IMG/VR virus record: IMGVR_UViG_3300037504_000149
Direction: 5' to 3' (one strand)
DNA: 64,000 nt
DNA from: a virus
Lineage: Duplodnaviria > Caudoviricetes
Part shown: positions 57,593 through 64,000 of the stretch, piece by piece
Numbering within the stretch: position 1 is the stretch's first letter
Layout of the letters: each line of letters begins with the position of its first letter
Program-made: the position numbers and the translations under genes
The notes under the pieces: generated by a model
What the model saw: only the letters and a program-made list of their open reading frames with translations
Databases searched by the model: none
Told to the model about the DNA's origin: nothing

Positions 57593-58801
57593 ATGACTGT
57601 TAAGCAGTTAAAGAAGATTTTGGATACGCTGAAAAAGTTCTATATGTGGTATAATTGCGGATATTACGCGCTTACGTATACGCGGGTTGAGGTTACGCCG
57701 CTAGGCACAATTTTCGACTTCCTACACAAGGATCGTAGGTTGCGAATTATTACAGAAGAAGAGACGCCGCAGGAACATTGTGGTGAGGTGTACCTTGATG
57801 AAGAGCGTACTAAAACGCTTAAACGGTTGCTTACCAAGAAGTCTACTAAGGATGGCATTACACTAAGTATTAGTAATGATAAGCTAGTGGTAGCTTTCAA
57901 AAAAGGCGATTATAAATTTTCATCTACGCCACCTAAAGATACAAGCGGTTTTGAGGATGTGATAAGTGCATGGAGTAATGCTGCGCACTATGAGCGGGTG
58001 AGCTTGTCTGGTGCGGAGTGGTATAATGAGGTTACACGCATAGGTAAAGTGTGTGCGAAGGACAATGAAAATCGCGAAAAGCTACACTATGTGTACACGC
58101 ATTATTGGGATGGTAAGTTGCGTCTTGGTGCTGTTGATGGACACCGTTTAGTTGACAAGATTTATCGTCCTTTTGCTACAGTTGACACTGCTGATGCTTA
58201 CTTGCACAAGAACGATGTGGCGCTTATCGGAACTGTGTGTAAGAAAGCTGATAGCGTAGATATATGTTATCAGATGAATAGCAGTAAACAAGAAGGAAAC
58301 CGTGATTATGTACTGCGTACATACTATGATGGTATTACTACGTTGGTGTACGGTCCCGCCGCAGAGATAGAGGCACCGTACTGGCAAGAGTTTAAGCAGT
58401 CGCAGACAGGATGGTATGAGGCGCTCCTTGTGGAAGGTGAACGTCTATACACTACAATTGACTTAGCACGTATGGAAGCTGCGTTGAAGCACGTTATACC
58501 ATTGGCGCGTATGAACAGCGATAATAGGGTTAAGTTGACACTGGGTTGTGACATTACGGTGTCTACAAGATCGTGGAATGATGACGTAGCTACCTATACT
58601 ATAGAACATAATAGTAAAGACCTAGGAGCGCGAGTAGTCTACATTAACGGTGTAGAATTACTTGAGCAAGTACAGTTTCTAAAAGTGTTGGGGTTTGAAA
58701 CGACTGAATTGTCTGTTAAAGATGGAGATGAGTCGTTAACTGCGGTAGTCCTAGAGGTGCCGGATTGCGTGTTTTTACAACTGCCTATGCGGGCACCCTA
58801 A
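57593..58801 (+). CDS. DNA sliding clamp (DnaN/beta)-like protein
   Basis: REKLHYVY....LRLGAVDGHRL matches the beta-clamp domain II motif; C-terminal YIN...L.E...LQLPMR. Start moved to 57593. Confidence 0.65.
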   Translation: MTVKQLKKILDTLKKFYMWYNCGYYALTYTRVEVTPLGTIFDFLHKDRRLRIITEEETPQEHCGEVYLDEERTKTLKRLLTKKSTKDGITLSISNDKLVVAFKKGDYKFSSTPPKDTSGFEDVISAWSNAAHYERVSLSGAEWYNEVTRIGKVCAKDNENREKLHYVYTHYWDGKLRLGAVDGHRLVDKIYRPFATVDTADAYLHKNDVALIGTVCKKADSVDICYQMNSSKQEGNRDYVLRTYYDGITTLVYGPAAEIEAPYWQEFKQSQTGWYEALLVEGERLYTTIDLARMEAALKHVIPLARMNSDNRVKLTLGCDITVSTRSWNDDVATYTIEHNSKDLGARVVYINGVELLEQVQFLKVLGFETTELSVKDGDESLTAVVLEVPDCVFLQLPMRAP

Positions 58802-58805
58802 AAAC

Positions 58806-58834
58806 TTGACATTTACCTTATCGTGTGGTATTAT
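58806..58834 (+). promoter_or_regulatory. sigma70 promoter
   Basis: TTGACA-17-TATTAT with TGn. Confidence 0.75.
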
Positions 58835-58863
58835 AGAGTTGACCTACTAAGGAAGGGAAGGTT

Positions 58864-59520
58864 ATGGGCCAGGAAGAGTTACTAAACTACATTGAAGATG
58901 TCAAGACGGACATCGAGGCTACTCTGCAGAAAGAGTATGACGCCGTAGTGGAACGTTACACCGAGCGGGAATTCGCCACCCCGCCTGATTGGGGTGCGGG
59001 CAATCCTACGCTGCTCGAAACGTCTTGTTACGACCAGCACGTTTATGAGGCGATGCGGCACGCCCCGAAGGGCATTTACATTCTCGATGCCAACCTGAAC
59101 ACGGAGTATTCGTTCCAGTTTCCGGCATTAGAGTTGCCGAGTTATAACCTGATTACTGAGGTACTGTCTAGCGCAGTGGTACGTCAGATTATCAAAAACA
59201 TCGCGGATTTTGATGTGGACTTTTACGCACTAGAGGACGGTGTGCCGCTATTCACTCAGTACGAAACTTGCCCTATCATGGCATACCGCATCGATCCGGT
59301 TCCGGAGTACGATCACTATACTTTGGAAAACTTTCATCATGCGTATCTCGTTCGTCACGACGGGGTGTGGAGTGTTTTTTGTAAGAATGGTAAAGTACGT
59401 GCCTTGGCGGCGTATCAGCAAGGTCTGCTGCGTCTGCTTGAAGTAGAGGACTTTGACACGGCGATGGGTGAATTCGTTGAGTCGATGGATACCAAGATCG
59501 ACTACACTAAACTTGCTTAG
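58864..59520 (+). CDS. hypothetical protein
   Basis: GGAAGG RBS. Confidence 0.7.
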   Translation: MGQEELLNYIEDVKTDIEATLQKEYDAVVERYTEREFATPPDWGAGNPTLLETSCYDQHVYEAMRHAPKGIYILDANLNTEYSFQFPALELPSYNLITEVLSSAVVRQIIKNIADFDVDFYALEDGVPLFTQYETCPIMAYRIDPVPEYDHYTLENFHHAYLVRHDGVWSVFCKNGKVRALAAYQQGLLRLLEVEDFDTAMGEFVESMDTKIDYTKLA

Positions 59521-59530
59521 GAAGGTAGTT

Positions 59531-59785
59531 ATGCCGAAGTATAAACTGGAAATACCTTATCTGGAGTTGTGGTACTGTACGGCTATTGTTGAGGCGGATT
59601 CCGCCGAAGATGCTGTACAGAAATATAACGAGAGTCTAACTGGATCCCCGCGTACAGATGACCCGGATGGGAGTGAGTTTGTGGAAACTCTGGGAGTGGC
59701 GGAAGATCAACCTTTCTATGCTCAAGAAGTTGAAGAGCATACGACTTATGAACCTATTGGAGAGAGTGTGCGTATAGACCTCTAA
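59531..59785 (+). CDS. small acidic protein, DpnD/PcfM-like motif
   Basis: VEADSAEDAVQK; similar to 62738. Confidence 0.55.
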   Translation: MPKYKLEIPYLELWYCTAIVEADSAEDAVQKYNESLTGSPRTDDPDGSEFVETLGVAEDQPFYAQEVEEHTTYEPIGESVRIDL

Positions 59786-59802
59786 AGGAGGGAAGGATTA
59801 CG

Positions 59803-59988
59803 ATGGAAGTTATTCGAGGCAAGTACGGTGAGGCTATTGGGTACAGGGAGCGCTGCGGTTCACGTATTTATCTACGTGACGAAGCAGGACAAACCCTCGG
59901 ATACTACGACGAGGGTATGGATCGAACGTATGACAATGTTGGCATGGAAGTTGGTCAGGGTAACATCCTGTCTAGCCTTCTGCCGTAG
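59803..59988 (+). CDS. hypothetical protein
   Basis: GGAGG RBS. Confidence 0.65.
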   Translation: MEVIRGKYGEAIGYRERCGSRIYLRDEAGQTLGYYDEGMDRTYDNVGMEVGQGNILSSLLP

Positions 59989-60110
59989 AGGACTTTTCCT
60001 AGTTAGTCCTAAAATAAACTAGGTGGTGGACCTCCGCATGAATGCGGTTTGCCCCTTGCCACCCCTCGATCTTTGTGGCAGTGTCCCGTCGAAGCGAGGG
60101 ATAGACGGGA
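59989..60110 (+). other. intergenic structured element (H-type pseudoknot and kissing hairpins)
   Basis: AGGACT/AGTCCT with CCTAGTT/AACTAGG; hairpin loops CCCTCG and CGAGGG are complementary. Confidence 0.55.
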
Positions 60111-60129
60111 ACAACTATACAGAGGGAAT

Positions 60130-60597
60130 ATGAGAATTACTATTATAGATGATATGATTAGTCGTTTAGAGCAGTTTGAAGAAAACTTACCTAAAGGACA
60201 TACCGTTCGTACACCTTTGGACCTAGAAATTGCAGAGGTTACAAAGGGGTGTATTGAAAATACTTTAATGTGTGGAGAAGTTTTACTAGAGGAAGGTTGT
60301 GATGTATTATATTTAGATCATGACTTCGGACCGGATACTTTACAAGGCGCGTATGGCGGTGTCACGTCAGGTACTGGAATGGATTTATTGCAAGGGATTA
60401 TAAAAAACTTGCTGCCCTGCCCTACTTGTGCTATAATTGTACATAGCGCAAACGTTCCGGCAGCGATTCAAATGGTTGCTAAGGCGCAGGTGCTTGATAT
60501 TCCAGTAGTTAAAATGTGGGCACCATGGGCTGTTAAAGGTTGTAAATTAACTTCTGTTATCAACGAGGATAATAATGATAATATGGGAACTACCTGA
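60130..60597 (+). CDS. cyclic-phosphate-processing receiver domain (cREC-like) protein
   Basis: IIDD, LYLDHDFG, GTGMDLL, IIVHSANV. Start moved to 60130. Confidence 0.8.
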   Translation: MRITIIDDMISRLEQFEENLPKGHTVRTPLDLEIAEVTKGCIENTLMCGEVLLEEGCDVLYLDHDFGPDTLQGAYGGVTSGTGMDLLQGIIKNLLPCPTCAIIVHSANVPAAIQMVAKAQVLDIPVVKMWAPWAVKGCKLTSVINEDNNDNMGTT

Positions 60598-61003
60598 TAG
60601 TGTCAAAGAAGTATTGCGCGATGCTTTCAGAAAAAAAGATCACTTCTCAACAAAACCGTATTCAACTATTACTGATTTTAGTTATAGTACGAAAGAGGGG
60701 ACAAGACCTTACTACGAAGAAAATGGTGATAAATATGTAGTTGACGAAATTCCCCCTTACTGGTGTGAGCGACTAGGTTGTTATAGTTGTATGTATTCTA
60801 AGTTTGAGGGTACATATAAAGGTTGTTATTGTTTTGAAGTATGTGTAATGGAAGACGGAACCTGCTTATCATATGAACCTAAAGAAGTGACAATCGAAAA
60901 ATGTAAATCACAAAAATCTGCGGCAACTAGAGGCAGAGCTAAAAAAGCAGTAATCGATAAAGGTTCACATCGTCAGACAATAAAAACAGCCTGTAAACCT
61001 TGA
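60575..61003 (+). CDS. Cys-rich hypothetical protein
   Basis: GAGG RBS. Confidence 0.6.
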   Translation: MIIWELPDSVKEVLRDAFRKKDHFSTKPYSTITDFSYSTKEGTRPYYEENGDKYVVDEIPPYWCERLGCYSCMYSKFEGTYKGCYCFEVCVMEDGTCLSYEPKEVTIEKCKSQKSAATRGRAKKAVIDKGSHRQTIKTACKP

Positions 61004-61028
61004 CAAAACTGATATTATATGCTATACT
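61000..61028 (+). promoter_or_regulatory. sigma70 promoter
   Basis: TTGACA-17-TATACT with TGn. Confidence 0.8.
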
Positions 61029-61060
61029 GTATATAGAAACTCAAACACAAAGGAGAAGTT

Positions 61061-61252
61061 TTGGCCTGGAATTACTACGGACCTTATAGTACATACGAAG
61101 AAGCTGAAGAGCATCTTCGGGAATGTAAAAAGAAACATGAATCCGAGTACGGAGAAAAGGTGCTCGGAAAACAGTGGCAAATTCGCAGTAAAGCGGACGG
61201 CTTTTACGTTCGTATCAGAACGAAAAGTCTGAAAACTGATTGTCCTACATAG
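61061..61252 (+). CDS. hypothetical protein
   Basis: AAGGAG RBS, TTG start. Confidence 0.65.
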   Translation: MAWNYYGPYSTYEEAEEHLRECKKKHESEYGEKVLGKQWQIRSKADGFYVRIRTKSLKTDCPT

Positions 61253-61263
61253 AAAGGATACAG

Positions 61264-61602
61264 ATGCCTACTCCTACCCTGACGGAAAAGTTGCATCCTC
61301 GGCGATTCGCAGGTATGTCGGGATTCATGGAACGCCTGCTGGCGTACATGATGAACAACGTTTACTATGATGGGGAATTGCCTCATGATGCCTTTACCGG
61401 CACTGCTTGGACTTCTGAAGGGTATCTGATGATTTCTCACGTTGAAGACGGTGGAATGTTGAACCGTTTTCATGGAGCGACACCTACTCAGCTTCGGTAC
61501 AATTTCCGTAAACTTTTCGATACGGCAGAACTAACCGATGCTGAGCTGGAAGAAGCAAAGCTACGTTTCTTCCAAGCGTTTCGTATCACGCTGGACGAGT
61601 AG
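61264..61602 (+). CDS. hypothetical protein
   Basis: Start moved to MPTPTL. Confidence 0.65.
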   Translation: MPTPTLTEKLHPRRFAGMSGFMERLLAYMMNNVYYDGELPHDAFTGTAWTSEGYLMISHVEDGGMLNRFHGATPTQLRYNFRKLFDTAELTDAELEEAKLRFFQAFRITLDE

Positions 61603-61604
61603 TT

Positions 61605-61805
61605 ATGATTACGGAAGGACATCTGGATCCTAAATATGTCATCAAGACGTTAGGCTGTGAAGGGTGTAAGTACGCACTTCCTGATGCCCTCCGTAATAAA
61701 CAAAACTGGTGTAATTATCCTCCATTACATTATAATGAGATGGTTATAACATCAATTCTGTCATTCGTAATTAGTGGGGAGGGGTGCCCGTATAAAGAAG
61801 TTTAA
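61605..61805 (+). CDS. hypothetical protein
   Basis: Coupled ORF with a CEGC motif. Confidence 0.5.
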   Translation: MITEGHLDPKYVIKTLGCEGCKYALPDALRNKQNWCNYPPLHYNEMVITSILSFVISGEGCPYKEV

Positions 61806-61818
61806 CGTAGGAGAAGCT

Positions 61819-62022
61819 ATGCTAGGTTACATTATCTTAGGTGTTATTATATTAGGTGGTATATTAGGATTATGTTTTATTGATTCTATGATTAGTCATT
61901 ATAAATCATTTAAAGATAGAGTACGCTGGAAAAGGTATATAAAAGAGCTTCAGCGTAGAAATAAAGATATACATGACATCGAGTTACCTTTTAGAGTCCG
62001 GGAGTCGGTTGTAGAAAGGTAA
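61819..62022 (+). CDS. small TM protein
   Basis: AGGAG RBS; N-terminal TM helix. Confidence 0.6.
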   Translation: MLGYIILGVIILGGILGLCFIDSMISHYKSFKDRVRWKRYIKELQRRNKDIHDIELPFRVRESVVER

Positions 62023-62025
62023 GTA

Positions 62026-62256
62026 ATGTCTACGGTAAAGAAAGATACTCCATACGGTGCAATAGTGTACCAACGGGTCACTGCTCGTAATCTTAGAGCC
62101 ACTACACCGTGGGGTATTTCATATCGAATCAAACGTATTAATGGTAAATGGTACTTTGATACGATATGCGTAACATCTACCAGTGATTGGAGAGCAGCGT
62201 GTAGTGACGCTACACGAATACTAGTTAAACGGTATGAGCGTAGTAACCTAGTATAG
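62026..62256 (+). CDS. hypothetical protein
   Basis: Coupled ORF. Confidence 0.55.
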   Translation: MSTVKKDTPYGAIVYQRVTARNLRATTPWGISYRIKRINGKWYFDTICVTSTSDWRAACSDATRILVKRYERSNLV

Positions 62257-62269
62257 ATAGGAGTCTCTT

Positions 62270-62500
62270 ATGGGGCAGTCAAGCTATAAAAACATCTTCT
62301 TAGGTATCCTAACAATTTTCATCGTTATGATTATGCTAGCCATAGGTTATGGATTGATAACGGTTTACGTTTTCAATTGGTATCCTAACTCTCAGTGGTA
62401 TGAGGTAGCGTTTATAGCAGGCTACATTCAATTAGCAATATGTATCGCAGCTCTAGGTAATTATGCTATTGTAGCTTACGCATTTTCAGATCGTAAATAA
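62270..62500 (+). CDS. small 2-TM protein
   Basis: AGGAG RBS; two hydrophobic helices. Confidence 0.65.
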   Translation: MGQSSYKNIFLGILTIFIVMIMLAIGYGLITVYVFNWYPNSQWYEVAFIAGYIQLAICIAALGNYAIVAYAFSDRK

Positions 62501-62502
62501 TT

Positions 62503-62745
62503 ATGGATAAACACAATATGATTATAGAAGTAAACAGAGGTACACCAAATAATCCCCTGTGGGAGGAAGTATCGATGATACAACGATACTTAACTCCTCC
62601 AGTTGTACAGCGTATACTTTACGGTAGTACGCTTGAGAAGCAACAAGTATCTGTTAACATTTTCCAGTTCCTAGAAATGTTACCTATGACACGAGATTGT
62701 GTCGAGTTCAGATTACGCGAAAGGGGAGGAACGTACCATGCCTAA
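62503..62745 (+). CDS. hypothetical protein
   Basis: Coupled ORF. Confidence 0.5.
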   Translation: MDKHNMIIEVNRGTPNNPLWEEVSMIQRYLTPPVVQRILYGSTLEKQQVSVNIFQFLEMLPMTRDCVEFRLRERGGTYHA

Positions 62746-63118
62746 GCAATACAAGGTGCTGACAGAACAGAAGTATATCATTCCTATTTGGGTTGAGGCG
62801 GATTCTCAAGAGGAAGCCGTTGAGAAGGTTAAGAACGGGGAAGGGTTTGAGCTTGATCACGCAGGACACTATAAAGAGTGTTTGGTTCCTGGTGAGCAAG
62901 GCGACACTCCGGTTGTCGTAGAGGTTCCTGAGAACAGTGAGGGACTCACCCTTTACCGTGTACGGCTGTCTGAGCTGCATTACGGTGAGTATATTGTGTA
63001 TGCAGCAAGTAAGGGAGAGGCGTTTCAGAAGGTTTGGGACGGTGGCGGAGTAGCGTTGGGGCATACGGATTATGTGGACACTTTGGACGATGATAGTGCT
63101 TTGGTGGTAGAGGTGTGA
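62738..63118 (+). CDS. tandem-duplicated DpnD/PcfM-like motif protein
   Basis: VEADSQEEAVEKV..GEG and VYAASKGEAFQKV..GGG. Confidence 0.6.
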   Translation: MPKQYKVLTEQKYIIPIWVEADSQEEAVEKVKNGEGFELDHAGHYKECLVPGEQGDTPVVVEVPENSEGLTLYRVRLSELHYGEYIVYAASKGEAFQKVWDGGGVALGHTDYVDTLDDDSALVVEV

Positions 63119-63504
63119 GAGACTTTAACAAAGACTTGCACGTTAGGGCTGTCATGTTTCTTCAGCGTAACGCTAGGAAGCAGCAAGCAGCGTTAGGTGG
63201 AACTACTGACAGACCTAGACTAGAGTTGCAACGAGATAAGGTGGGAGAAATAGAGGGTTATAGAGGTGATACTATACCACTTTATCGTTACTTCCTTAAT
63301 GATGGTTCTATAGTGGAGGAAGTGGCACAACGTAAAGTTAATCTTAACGATGTACTGGGTATTACTTTAACTCAGTTGATTGATGACAAGTTGGGATGTA
63401 TTATATTTAAGTGCCTACAAACTGATGATGGTAGGGCTTTTGGTAAATGGACGCAAGATGAGATAAAGGAAATTACAGCAAAAATAATTGATAAAATAAC
63501 TTGA
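63115..63504 (+). CDS. hypothetical protein
   Basis: GTGA overlap with the upstream gene. Confidence 0.6.
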   Translation: MRDFNKDLHVRAVMFLQRNARKQQAALGGTTDRPRLELQRDKVGEIEGYRGDTIPLYRYFLNDGSIVEEVAQRKVNLNDVLGITLTQLIDDKLGCIIFKCLQTDDGRAFGKWTQDEIKEITAKIIDKIT

Positions 63505-63529
63505 CATAGACACCTGCTTATGGTATCAT
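63501..63529 (+). promoter_or_regulatory. tmRNA promoter
   Basis: TTGACA-17-TATCAT with TGn. Confidence 0.8.
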
Positions 63530-63544
63530 GGGTGTACGTTACGT

Positions 63545-63929
63545 GGGGCTGATAAGGGTTCGACGTGCGAGTAAAAGTGAGGTAGCATCCCGTGGTTGGT
63601 CTCTAGGCCACGTAAAAAAGAGACCAAACAACAACAGCCGAAAATGCTGTTCCCTTGGCTGCTTAAAAAGCCGCTCCTCTATGGAGCTAGGCTCGTAGCC
63701 CGCCCCCGGAAAGGTTTCTCTGCACCTGACTGGATAAGGCGTCAAAAAGCAGGGGTCCGACTTGGAGTTACCTAATCGCTCCTAAAAGGACTACAGAGTA
63801 ATTAGGTAGGGTGCGCGAGACTGTGCCGTATCAGCCGGACCGCACCGACACGACATGATACGGCTATGGATGTAGATGCCGAAGCGGCACTTGACACGGA
63901 CGCGGGTTCGATTCCCGCCAGCTCCACCA
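63545..63929 (+). ncRNA. ssrA: tmRNA, tag AENAVPLAA
   Basis: Acceptor stem GGGGCTG/CAGCTCC with G3:U, ACCA end, T-arm GCGGGTTCGATTCCCGC, pseudoknot pk1, tag frame 63637-63666 ending LAA-stop. Confidence 0.97.
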
Positions 63930-64000
63930 TTATTTTAACTACCTTCAAAGGAGATAGGATGCTGATAATTGAAGATAGTTACAAGATGCTTGATCATATT

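Noticed and set aside
59989-60023. preQ1-I riboswitch
   Set aside because: Topology is similar, but the ligand-pairing C before the 3' strand of P1 is absent and no que gene follows.
63539-63745. Minus-strand ORF over the tmRNA
   Set aside because: Antisense shadow of ssrA.
1-64000. Stop-codon reassignment
   Set aside because: Conserved genes are full-length and densely packed under the standard code.

Overview
This is a 64-kb segment of a large dsDNA tailed-phage genome (standard genetic code, nearly all genes on +). The left ~37 kb is AT-rich core. It carries Mre11/SbcD, Rad50/SbcC and RecA; 3D-domain and GT9 proteins; small and large terminase and probable virion genes; ClpP; class II ribonucleotide reductase; and both type IIA topoisomerase subunits. 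From ~33 to 44 kb are small accessory genes (FeoA, an XRE HTH, a PurB C-terminal fragment, locally amplified paralog families). 43.9-46.1 kb is almost non-coding: a G-rich tract, three tandem leftward promoters, 13 copies of ATTCATA, palindromes and an axis of mirror symmetry (candidate origin or genome end). The most striking feature is 45.3-52 kb, an array of single-gene GC-rich cassettes. Each is separated by a ~230-bp near-identical module: terminator, conserved spacer, back-to-back sigma70 promoters with -35 boxes 24 bp apart, covarying leader hairpin, RBS. Cargo includes a Csx16-like putative ring nuclease, ArdC, a DUF6927-like protein and small acidic proteins. Two slots hold structured ncRNAs and two promoter-leader-RBS units are empty. 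A third structured RNA at 57.4 kb exposes a loop complementary to the cassette RBS. The window ends with a sliding-clamp-like gene, a cREC receiver protein and a complete tmRNA. Family calls come from recalled motifs, not database searches.
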